From the IMG/VR virus record IMGVR_UViG_3300007735_000782: 20,000 bases of DNA. One strand, 5' to 3'. Origin of the DNA: an uncultured virus (IMG/VR IMGVR_UViG_3300007735_000782) (Duplodnaviria; Heunggongvirae; Uroviricota; Caudoviricetes). Shown in pieces: positions 1 to 6,848 of this stretch (position 1 is its first letter; each line of letters opens with the position of its first letter). The notes under the pieces are model-generated. The model ran no database searches and was not told the origin of the DNA. It saw nothing but the letters and a program-made list of their open reading frames with translations. The position numbers and the translations under genes are program-made.

Positions 1-26
1 TGGCTAACGGAAGGAACATGCGCATA

Positions 27-86
27 TTACAAAGCTGGCTGGATCTTCCGAGGGGATTGTAATTTCTCTTTACAAAGCTGGCCGGA
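27..86. repeat. 17-bp direct repeat, two copies (27-43, 70-86)
   Basis: TTACAAAGCTGGCTGGA and TTACAAAGCTGGCCGGA, 1 mismatch, 26-nt spacer. Confidence 0.6.
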
Positions 87-90
87 GCAT

Positions 91-113
91 AAAAAAAGCG
101 GGCCTAAGCCCGC
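91..113 (-). terminator. Rho-independent terminator downstream of the rlpA-like gene
   Basis: Minus strand reads GCGGGC-TTAG-GCCCGC-TTTTTTT, about 25 nt after the stop of 137..499. Confidence 0.85.
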
Positions 114-136
114 CATTTCCTCACAACCCTCAGCCA

Positions 137-499
137 TTATGCCCTAGACCAGCACACCTTTGCAACCCCCTGCTCAGGGCTGGCAATTCTGCTGAATGCG
201 CCATAACTCAGATCTAGATCACGGCCTGCAATAAAAGGGCCTCGGTCGGTAACTGTTACGGCCACGGCCCTGCCATTATTTGGATTGCTAACTAGGAGCC
301 TGGTGCCAAATGGCAGGTAACGATGGGCAGTAGTCAAGCCATGAGCATTGAAGCGGCTACCATCAGCGGCCTGGCGGCCATGAAAACCATCACCGAGGCC
401 ATAGAAACTAGCGTGGGAGCATGCGGATGAGGCCCCCATTGCAGCAGGCGCAAAAGCACCAATGGCAATGGAAGCAGAAAGGAAAAATGATTTAAGCAC
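137..499 (-). CDS. rlpA: RlpA-like (DPBB) lytic transglycosylase with N-terminal signal peptide
   Basis: Motifs ASFYG..FHGRQAADGSRFN..TAHRYLPFGTRLLV..VTVTDRGPF...DLDLSYGAF are diagnostic of the RlpA/DPBB family. Hydrophobic N-terminus ends in AMGA. GTG start. Confidence 0.92.
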   Translation of the reverse strand: MLKSFFLSASIAIGAFAPAAMGASSACSHASFYGLGDGFHGRQAADGSRFNAHGLTTAHRYLPFGTRLLVSNPNNGRAVAVTVTDRGPFIAGRDLDLSYGAFSRIASPEQGVAKVCWSRA

Positions 500-553
500 T
501 GTTTTAGGAAGAAAGTTAGCAAGAACCCGCCAGGTCTCCCTGCGGTAACGCTC

Positions 554-603
554 AGTTTATCACAAATCAAAAGCTTGTGGTTTGACGGTCTTGGTGTTAT
601 GAT
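554..603. promoter_or_regulatory. Back-to-back divergent sigma70-type promoters (minus toward rlpA, plus toward the ncRNA candidate)
   Basis: Plus: TTGTGG (575-580), 17 nt, TATGAT (598-603) with TG extension at 595-596. Minus: TG-A-TAAACT (562-554). Confidence 0.6.
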
Positions 604-606
604 TCT

Positions 607-781
607 TTTGTTGGTCGGTCCTCCCCGCAAGGCTGGACGGTTTTGATAGGAAGGGCTATCCCGTAAGGGACGCCGGGCGCTCATGGTTAGCCTGCAAGGC
701 TTCCTATCCCTGTGTTCAGGAGCGAAGCTATCGGAGGCCAACAAACAATAAAAAAGGGGGCCTTTTGGCCCCTTTTCTTTT
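607..781 (+). ncRNA. Candidate structured non-coding RNA of unknown family
   Basis: Closing stem TTTGTTGGTC (607-616)/GGCCAACAAA (736-745), 9-bp stem 645-653/700-708, GNRA-capped hairpins CC-GCAA-GG (625-632) and TCCC-GTAA-GGGA (659-670), and CCTG-TGTT-CAGG (709-720). Promoter directly upstream and terminator directly downstream. Confidence 0.65.
750..781. terminator. Bidirectional Rho-independent terminator
   Basis: AAAAAAG-GGGGCC-TTTT-GGCCCC-TTTTCTTTT gives a U-tract on both strands. It lies between the converging minus-strand ORF 780..959 and the plus-strand RNA candidate. Confidence 0.85.
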
Positions 782-959
782 AGCTTTGTTCGTCTTCAAA
801 GCTGAAAAACTTATCAATCTCCAGCCATATACGATCTTCAATGGCCTCGAAGATTAGTTCGTCATGAGGTTTATCTACGTGCTTAAAGGCACGTTTATAA
901 CCGTCTCGAATGCCAGTGATGATAGCTTCTTCGAGCACTGGTCTAAATAGTGCCTTCAT
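780..959 (-). CDS. Small hypothetical phage protein, 59 aa (not in ORF track)
   Basis: MKALFRPVLEEAIITGIRDGYKRAFKHVDKPHDELIFEAIEDRIWLEIDKFFSFEDEQS. ATGA overlap with the stop of 956..1282. Resembles a small ORF type common in cyanophages (recognised by eye). Confidence 0.8.
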   Translation of the reverse strand: MKALFRPVLEEAIITGIRDGYKRAFKHVDKPHDELIFEAIEDRIWLEIDKFFSFEDEQS

Positions 960-1282
960 GCCACTTCTCCAATGGCAGCAGCATAAGCCACTAAATAAGC
1001 CATTTGATCATCAGCAGTGGGTGCTGCAGTGACAATTTCATTGTGCTCCTCGATGTGACGAGCATGAACAACTTTTAAAGTGATTAGCAGTTCCACTAAT
1101 GATGATTGATGGCAATTATCTACGCCTGGCAGTAATTGCTCCAGTGTGGTAATGCTGTTTTCAAGTTGCTTCACTCGTAACCAACAAGCCACCACTGGGT
1201 TATCAAAATTCATCACCAGCCTTGAGCCTAAAAAGGCGCTGGTAGAACCGTTGTATTCTGTTTGGACAATGGCAACAGTCAT
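956..1282 (-). CDS. Hypothetical protein
   Basis: 108-aa ORF with an upstream promoter, translationally coupled to the downstream ORF. Confidence 0.7.
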   Translation of the reverse strand: MTVAIVQTEYNGSTSAFLGSRLVMNFDNPVVACWLRVKQLENSITTLEQLLPGVDNCHQSSLVELLITLKVVHARHIEEHNEIVTAAPTADDQMAYLVAYAAAIGEVA

Positions 1283-1305
1283 GGGCTTTGTTTGAAGGCT
1301 CCACC

Positions 1306-1334
1306 ATCATGATCACCATTGTTTTTTTTGTCAA
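1306..1334 (-). promoter_or_regulatory. Sigma70-type promoter
   Basis: TTGACA (1334-1329), 17 nt, CATGAT (1311-1306). Confidence 0.7.
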
Positions 1335-1346
1335 TACATTTCGCTA

Positions 1347-1697
1347 TTAGCTTTGCTTATCGTTTATTGGTTTCCAGCCTTCTGCAAGAAGGCGATGTTT
1401 ACCAATGGTATTAAAATATACATGCCTATTTGTACGTTCAATTACTGTTTGGAATGCTTGTCTCATCCTTCTATTTAATGGTTCTTCAGGTTCTGATAAC
1501 CAGCTTTTAGCCCAGTCAGCCACTTCTTCAATGTCTTTTAAATCATTAGTATGAACAATAAAAAATTTACCACATTGCTTAAACTTACGCCACACTGGAT
1601 GCACTAAAGGCTCTTGCGCTGCTATTTCTCTAACATGTGCTGTTAATGTTGGCGGCATATAAAGAGCCACTGTTGGTAAAAATGGAGAGCTAGACAT
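1347..1697 (-). CDS. Hypothetical protein
   Basis: ORF-track 1347..1742 re-started at ATG 1697 (MSSSPF...), which is preceded by GGGAGGAAT. Confidence 0.7.
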   Translation of the reverse strand: MSSSPFLPTVALYMPPTLTAHVREIAAQEPLVHPVWRKFKQCGKFFIVHTNDLKDIEEVADWAKSWLSEPEEPLNRRMRQAFQTVIERTNRHVYFNTIGKHRLLAEGWKPINDKQS

Positions 1698-1839
1698 ATT
1701 CCTCCCGCAATTGAAAAGCATCAACAATTGCTTGGCCTGCACTAAGTTCCTGCGCTAACAAAAAGGCCATTTGCTCATCTCTAGCAATTAAAGCAAAGCT
1801 GTCGCCATTATCAAGAACAATGGTAAAAACGTCCATCAT
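1690..1839 (-). CDS. Small hypothetical protein, 49 aa (not in ORF track)
   Basis: MMDVFTIVLDNGDSFALIARDEQMAFLLAQELSAGQAIVDAFQLREEYV. Fills the gap between neighbouring genes and overlaps the next start by 8 nt. Confidence 0.65.
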   Translation of the reverse strand: MMDVFTIVLDNGDSFALIARDEQMAFLLAQELSAGQAIVDAFQLREEYV

Positions 1840-1850
1840 ATTACCGCGAA

Positions 1851-2306
1851 TCATTGCTCCCCTCCAAAAAATGTTTCGGGAGCTATATCTCGCTCTTCCA
1901 TATCTTTAAGGATGGCTTTGCTGATTGTACTTTTTAACATTTTTTTCCATTGTTCATCACCGCCAAAGCTACCAGTTTGTTCTATTAATTGAAGGATTGT
2001 ACAAATACGACTTAAATCGCTCATTGTAGCCAACCCTTCGTTTGTATTATTTTGTTCTATATGCTGTTGTAAAACACTACTATGAAGAGCATGCCATTTA
2101 CCAATGCAAAATAAACTAATTTGTCTAAATGCTTCATCACCAAAAGCTTCAAATAAATTTTCAAATGGTGCTACTAAATCAGGCGGAATACCAACCATAG
2201 ACGGATCTTCCAGGATTGGTTCTAAATTGTCATCAATTACATCACGGCTATTTTGTTTGGCGGCTTGGGCTTGACGAAGGAAATCGTCCACTGAAGAAAA
2301 ATCCAT
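1851..2306 (-). CDS. Hypothetical protein (acidic, helical)
   Basis: 151-aa ORF with its own promoter upstream. Confidence 0.75.
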   Translation of the reverse strand: MDFSSVDDFLRQAQAAKQNSRDVIDDNLEPILEDPSMVGIPPDLVAPFENLFEAFGDEAFRQISLFCIGKWHALHSSVLQQHIEQNNTNEGLATMSDLSRICTILQLIEQTGSFGGDEQWKKMLKSTISKAILKDMEERDIAPETFFGGEQ

Positions 2307-2329
2307 GGAGCAGCAAGAAACGCAATACC

Positions 2330-2358
2330 AGCATGATGGAGATTAGCGCAAATGTCAA
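2330..2358 (-). promoter_or_regulatory. Sigma70-type promoter
   Basis: TTGACA (2358-2353), 17 nt, CATGCT (2335-2330). Confidence 0.65.
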
Positions 2359-2374
2359 TGGCATTGTAATTTCT

Positions 2375-3073
2375 TTAGACATCTACTGCCTGCAGGGCTA
2401 ATGGTGGTTCAATGGGAGTGTCATCATCTGCTACTACGAAATCAGCATCAATGGCAAGTGATTGCTGTTCTTTTTCTTTTACATCACCAATTGTTTTAGC
2501 TAGATCATCTAGGAAATTCTTATAGCTTTTCTTTTCTTCTGCTTGTGGTTTAATTTCATATAATCCCAACACTTTAGCTTGTTGTTCTAAACAACTTCTA
2601 GCAACAGTAAGGAATGAACTTTCACCTGCTCCTTCAGTAACAGTAACTGTTTCACCACGATCAGTAGATGTGGTAACAGTGCGTCGTTTACTTGCTTCAA
2701 ACTGAGAAAGGGCTTGTTCTTTTAATTGCATTGCTTCGTTTAATATACGAGCGCGATGACAATCTTGACTTTTAAGAATGCTTTCTGTCCATAAGCTTCT
2801 ATTTTGTTGCCGGTCTTGGTTAACAGTTTCTTTGCTTAATTTTAACACCCTTGATATTTGTGAATTACTAAGGTTTGATGCTAATAATTCTTGCACCATA
2901 AAACGCCTTAAACCAATGCTTTCTTTGGTATATGGAATCTTGCCAGGCCCATTGCCTACTTTATCGCGTATCTTATCCACTTGCTCTGGTGTTAAACCAG
3001 CTTCCACTAATACACGCAAGCCATAACGTAGCTCGGCTTGTTCATCAGGAAAGTTAACAATGGGGAGAGGCAT
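2375..3073 (-). CDS. HTH-containing protein, terminase small subunit-like
   Basis: HTH-like LSNSQISRVLKLSKETVNQDR, then a helical region and 'FLTVARSCLEQQAKVLGLY', a pattern seen in TerS-like phage proteins. No TerL is present in the window, so the function is tentative. Confidence 0.5.
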   Translation of the reverse strand: MPLPIVNFPDEQAELRYGLRVLVEAGLTPEQVDKIRDKVGNGPGKIPYTKESIGLRRFMVQELLASNLSNSQISRVLKLSKETVNQDRQQNRSLWTESILKSQDCHRARILNEAMQLKEQALSQFEASKRRTVTTSTDRGETVTVTEGAGESSFLTVARSCLEQQAKVLGLYEIKPQAEEKKSYKNFLDDLAKTIGDVKEKEQQSLAIDADFVVADDDTPIEPPLALQAVDV

Positions 3074-3154
3074 TGCAAAAGCTTGGTTTTTCTTACAGCC
3101 TATTGTACTGCAGGAAAGCGGCCCAATGGCCGCTGTTGATTTTAATTTCTATGG

Positions 3155-3505
3155 TTAAAACAATTCTTCTTCTTTTGCGAATAAATAAACCAAACTTTCT
3201 TTATAACCAATAATTTCAAAATCTCCTAAATCATCAGCTAACTTCTTGGCTTCCTTTAGGGAAGCTTCTAATTCTTTTATGTCACTATTATATTTTTTAT
3301 CTGCACGTTTTTGTAATCTTACAGTGCCGTGTTTTGTTGATTCTTTTTCTAAACCAATACTTTGCATTAATTCTTGAATTTCAGCTTTACATAAAGTTTC
3401 CTTTTCAACTAATGCCTTTTGTCTAGTTTTGATGCTTTCTAATTCTTGAATCAAACCATCCAAGTCTTTAAGATCATTATCAATTGTGGATGTGTTATCA
3501 ATCAT
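3155..3505 (-). CDS. Coiled-coil protein, Gp157/Gam-like phage family (tentative)
   Basis: N-terminal coiled coil followed by 'ESTKHGTVRLQKR' and an acidic ...EEELF end. Likely start is ATG 3505 (MIDNT), overlapping the upstream stop at 3498-3500. Confidence 0.55.
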   Translation of the reverse strand: MIDNTSTIDNDLKDLDGLIQELESIKTRQKALVEKETLCKAEIQELMQSIGLEKESTKHGTVRLQKRADKKYNSDIKELEASLKEAKKLADDLGDFEIIGYKESLVYLFAKEEELF

Positions 3506-3740
3506 GATTGGAGGATAATGGTGAAGGAGCAAAATTACGATCAATGAGAAGAATAATTTCTTCTAAACTAGAGCGCCAATGGCGCTCATTTCTTTTATCA
3601 CGAGCACCATAAAGCATGCGATCTTTAGGCAATGCACCACGATCTGGCCTTGAATAACCATGATGATTGATCACAGTAATTTCTAAACCATTGTGTTCCA
3701 GGGATGGAAGCACATCAGGAGCGATAGGACGAAAAGGCAT
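3498..3740 (-). CDS. Hypothetical protein
   Basis: 80-aa ORF. Promoter-like TTGCTT (3789-3784), 16 nt, TACGAT (3767-3762) with TG extension lies upstream. Confidence 0.7.
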   Translation of the reverse strand: MPFRPIAPDVLPSLEHNGLEITVINHHGYSRPDRGALPKDRMLYGARDKRNERHWRSSLEEIILLIDRNFAPSPLSSNHD

Positions 3741-3828
3741 AAGTGGCCTGAAGACTTCACTATCGTACCACTAAGAAAATTAAAAGCAAGAAGCGATAGA
3801 GAATTAAAGCACCTTATGAAGGACGACC

Positions 3829-3989
3829 TTGGGGGTCTACCTGCTCGTACGGTGCAGAGCGAAGGGAACTTATGGCTTTACCATCGTTTCCTTCTAAGCG
3901 GAAGCGCTGCAGGGTAGGAATGTTCAGGAAACCCTAGGCGCGTAGATAAGAAGGAAAACCTTCGGGACGATTCTACGCACCCCCTCCAA
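3829..3989 (+). other. Multi-stem structured element (ncRNA, or single-strand/replication origin)
   Basis: GGGGGT (3831-3836)/ACCCCC (3979-3984) closes GAAGGGAAC (3861-3869)/GTTTCCTTC (3886-3894), ATGG/CCAT, AGCG-GAAG-CGCT, GCGTAGA (3940-3946)/TCTACGC (3972-3978) and GAAGG-AAAA-CCTTC (3950-3963). GC-rich island in an AT-rich intergenic gap. Confidence 0.55.
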
Positions 3990-3996
3990 ATCAAAA

Positions 3997-4020
3997 TGTG
4001 CCAGTTAGCTAATTGGCATA
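3997..4020. repeat. Inverted repeat TGTGCCAGTT-AGCT-AATTGGCATA
   Basis: Near-perfect palindrome right after the stop of 4027..4227. Could be a terminator or a protein-binding site. Confidence 0.55.
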
Positions 4021-4026
4021 AAACAA

Positions 4027-4227
4027 TTAGCCAAATCCTTTCGGTGAGTGGCGAGCAATATTTATTTCTTCAACAATCAATTCGGCTTCATCGTCTCCTT
4101 CGACAATATCCTCCAATGCTTCAAACAAAACTTCCTCGAAAGCAGCTTGCGAATTTATGATTTCCGCGCTGGTATCACTAATTATTGAATGCAATGCATG
4201 GAAATTGGCATTAGTTGGAATTGTCAT
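4027..4227 (-). CDS. Small acidic hypothetical protein
   Basis: MTIPTNANF...SPKGFG (66 aa). A perfect TATAAT at 4255-4250 favours the start at 4227. Confidence 0.65.
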   Translation of the reverse strand: MTIPTNANFHALHSIISDTSAEIINSQAAFEEVLFEALEDIVEGDDEAELIVEEINIARHSPKGFG

Positions 4228-4267
4228 AATTAGAGATAAGCTAACTGTAATTATAAAGCCATTCATT

Positions 4268-4289
4268 AAAAAAGGCCCCAAGGGCCTTT
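4268..4289 (-). terminator. Rho-independent terminator after the primase-helicase
   Basis: Minus strand GGCCC-TTG-GGGCC-TTTTTT. Confidence 0.7.
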
Positions 4290-4308
4290 GTAATTCTATT
4301 TTTTTGTT

Positions 4309-6234
4309 TCAAAAGAAATCTTCCGTCTCCTCCTCTTCTGGCTTGTAATCCCACGAATGGTAAAGCCTAGTTTTTTCTCCGTTAGGGCCATTCTGGAAGC
4401 TGCTAGTAATCAAGCCCTGCCGCCGTGCCACTTCCAGCATCTTGGCTGTAGATGAAATTTCCAGTGATCCACTTAAAGCCGTCACTTGTTGTTTCGTGAG
4501 TCGTTCCTTCTTACGCATTTGCACTACATTCACGCATTGATCTAATTCAGCCAGTGAACCACCCAGAGGCCCTGCATAATGCCAGCCATAATTCAATGGA
4601 TCACGCTGCAACATGTGTTTACCAGTAAGGCCACTCCTGCTCTTCATCCATTCAAAATGGAATTGGCTAGGGTCACCATTGTTTTCTGGTTTGGTAAGTT
4701 TCACCACTTCACTAACATTATCTACAAAGCTAGTGGAATCCCTTAAGCCACCACTTTTATTTAAATGGTGAAGAATAATAAAACTAACATTATATTTATT
4801 GGCAATATCACGTAGATCATAAATTACATCACCAGCATTACTTCTAACCAAATCAACATCCATGCCAGCAAGGCATGCAGTGAGAGAATCAATGGCAATA
4901 AACACAGGGCGATGTTTTCTCACGTAATCTTCTAATTGCTTGATATGACCAAAACGCCAATTCTCCCAAAATGTAATATCACCTTCTTCAAGCCCTGCAT
5001 CCTTATAACCAATAACACCAAGCTTTTCACTGGTATCAACTAATGGTTCATCACTTTGAATGATCAAGCATTTGCCTTTGAGGCATCGCCTGCCGCTCCA
5101 TGATTGACCAAGGGCAATATTAAGAGCCCAGTTATAGATAAGTGTTGATTTACCGGTGCCGCCTGATGCAGCTAAAAGCATGACGGTTCCTAGTGGCATG
5201 ATTCCTGCAATCAACCATTCTCTACATTGTTCAGACCTAGCAATGGTAAGGGCATCAATGTTTTCAATTTCGTCTTTGCCATAAATACGAGCTTTGGCAT
5301 CTTCAATAGTTTTATCAATGTTTTGCTGCGTCATCTTCACAGAATGCTGTTCTAACCATGAACTGGTTTCATATAGAACACGAGAATCACTGGTATAAAG
5401 ACCAACAAAATTTTCAATGGTAGACATAATTTCATCATATGAAGGCTTACCATCTTTTCCTTTATGAAGATTTGCAGTAATAGAAGCTAATAAGTCATCC
5501 TTTGTAACGCCTTCTTCTATGTAATCAGCTAAATCCAAACCATTGCCATGAGGTAGATTTTTCCATTCCCATGATTTGGGATCGGCATAAAGCCACTGTG
5601 CCCCTGGATTATCGGCTTCAATTTCACGCATAAATGCAACGCCTTGTTCATCACGATCAGGCGCCAACACAATATTATGCTGTTTAAACAATTGCGAATA
5701 ATCGCCATTAGTTCGATATTGTTTACTGCCGCCCAAGAAAGTAACAGCAGGTAGGCCAAGAGACCATACTGCTTCACAAGTTAATTCACCTTCAACAATG
5801 ATAATAGGCAAGCCAGTTTTCTTGCTTTCTTCAACTGCTTCTTTATATTTATATGGAAGAATATTTGCTTTAATATCTTTTAATTGAAGTTGATGATTAG
5901 ACAATGAACGATCAATGGTAGGAAATTCTTGCCATATACGCTTACTGCCATTTGCATCATTGCGATGCACTATTACTACTTCACTGCCAGAGGTATCGGC
6001 ATACGGGAACACATGAGAGCCAGTGGGACGGGCAGGCTTCTCCCATCTCTCCTTCGGGGCCAACGCCTCTCTGATTTCAGCTCGATGAGCGGGGTCTGTA
6101 TTTGCCCAACAGTTATATGCACCTGTCTGTTTATTGACTGTAAAATCATTGCCGTTGCAAGCAGGACAGAAGAATTTGCCTTTATCTGGCGCGGGCTTTA
6201 GCTGATCAATAAATTCCAGGATCGAAAAAGTCAT
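4309..6234 (-). CDS. Bifunctional DNA primase-helicase (Zn finger + TOPRIM + RecA/AAA_25-type ATPase + C-terminal winged-helix-like region)
   Basis: CPACNG..CW zinc finger, TOPRIM IVEGE...APDRDEQG, Walker A ASGGTGKS, Walker B IAIDSL, ILHHLNKSG and KSR motif. Start reassigned to ATG 6234 (MTFSIL) because the promoter overlaps the longer start. Confidence 0.9.
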   Translation of the reverse strand: MTFSILEFIDQLKPAPDKGKFFCPACNGNDFTVNKQTGAYNCWANTDPAHRAEIREALAPKERWEKPARPTGSHVFPYADTSGSEVVIVHRNDANGSKRIWQEFPTIDRSLSNHQLQLKDIKANILPYKYKEAVEESKKTGLPIIIVEGELTCEAVWSLGLPAVTFLGGSKQYRTNGDYSQLFKQHNIVLAPDRDEQGVAFMREIEADNPGAQWLYADPKSWEWKNLPHGNGLDLADYIEEGVTKDDLLASITANLHKGKDGKPSYDEIMSTIENFVGLYTSDSRVLYETSSWLEQHSVKMTQQNIDKTIEDAKARIYGKDEIENIDALTIARSEQCREWLIAGIMPLGTVMLLAASGGTGKSTLIYNWALNIALGQSWSGRRCLKGKCLIIQSDEPLVDTSEKLGVIGYKDAGLEEGDITFWENWRFGHIKQLEDYVRKHRPVFIAIDSLTACLAGMDVDLVRSNAGDVIYDLRDIANKYNVSFIILHHLNKSGGLRDSTSFVDNVSEVVKLTKPENNGDPSQFHFEWMKSRSGLTGKHMLQRDPLNYGWHYAGPLGGSLAELDQCVNVVQMRKKERLTKQQVTALSGSLEISSTAKMLEVARRQGLITSSFQNGPNGEKTRLYHSWDYKPEEEETEDFF

Positions 6235-6256
6235 GCTGCAAGGAATAGCACTCACC

Positions 6257-6350
6257 ATCATGCCAGCCATGGCTGCATTGCGCAAGGTAAATGGGCATAA
6301 GCAATTCTTATGGAAACAATGCTTGCCATTACAAGCTTCTAGGCTATTGT
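6257..6350. promoter_or_regulatory. Divergent promoters between the replication and recombination operons
   Basis: Minus: TTGCGC (6285-6280), 17 nt, CATGAT (6262-6257) with TG extension. Plus: TTGCCA (6323-6328), 16 nt, TATTGT (6345-6350). Confidence 0.6.
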
Positions 6351-6373
6351 GGGCATGAACTTTGCGGCCTTCT

Positions 6374-6610
6374 ATGCCAAAAAGAATTTATGAAGGTGGC
6401 AAACGCCGTCATCATTTCACCATTTCTGATCAAGCATTTGCCCATTTGTCAGCAATTGCTGCAGATGGCACATTGTCTCGTTCGGAAGCGTTAGAGCGTC
6501 TCATACGTTCCACGCCATTATTTGAAGGCAGTGCCACGCTTGCTGATGGTGCCTGGCCTTTTGTTATTGATCACTCATCCCCTTTGCCATTATCCCATGA
6601 ACCTAGCTGA
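6374..6610 (+). CDS. Ribbon-helix-helix (CopG-like) DNA-binding protein
   Basis: KRRHHFTISDQAFAHLSAIAADGTLSRSEALERLIR fits the beta-strand/helix/'SRSE'-helix RHH pattern. First gene of the operon. Confidence 0.75.
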   Translation: MPKRIYEGGKRRHHFTISDQAFAHLSAIAADGTLSRSEALERLIRSTPLFEGSATLADGAWPFVIDHSSPLPLSHEPS

Positions 6611-6848
6611 ATTAATTCAAGCCTTACAGCAAGCCGTTGCATTAGTGCCTGCTGATTCGGAGGTGGTCACTAGCTTTGAACAGGCCACGCTGGAAGAGGG
6701 CTTTTCGTGGGAACACACGGAAGGAATTTCCGATGTTCGCATTTGTAATGATTGGCCCCTGCCAGGTGACAGCATGCTGGTAGCTGAACATGAAAAGCCA
6801 TTTAAGGTGATAATTTTCTATGACATCCATAGCAATTTAAATCCATGA
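6597..6848 (+). CDS. Hypothetical protein
   Basis: MNLAELIQALQQ... start at 6597 within the 3' end of the RHH gene. ATGA coupling to the next gene. Confidence 0.7.
   Translation: MNLAELIQALQQAVALVPADSEVVTSFEQATLEEGFSWEHTEGISDVRICNDWPLPGDSMLVAEHEKPFKVIIFYDIHSNLNP

Noticed and set aside
27..86. Mini CRISPR array
   Set aside because: Only two short non-palindromic copies are present and no cas genes. The PD-(D/E)XK exonuclease is an ordinary phage recombination nuclease.
334..744. 136-aa minus ORF overlapping rlpA and the ncRNA candidate
   Set aside because: It overlaps rlpA in another frame, starts right after a terminator, has no recognisable motifs and spans promoter sequence. It is more likely a by-product of the GC-rich structured region.
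500..750. c-di-AMP (ydaO) riboswitch upstream of a cell-wall enzyme
   Set aside because: The conserved ydaO motifs are not evident, and the GNRA loops and G-U pair place the large structure on the strand opposite to rlpA.
3693..3917. 74-aa plus-strand ORF
   Set aside because: It is antisense to its neighbours, overlaps a promoter and the structured element, and has no protein motifs.
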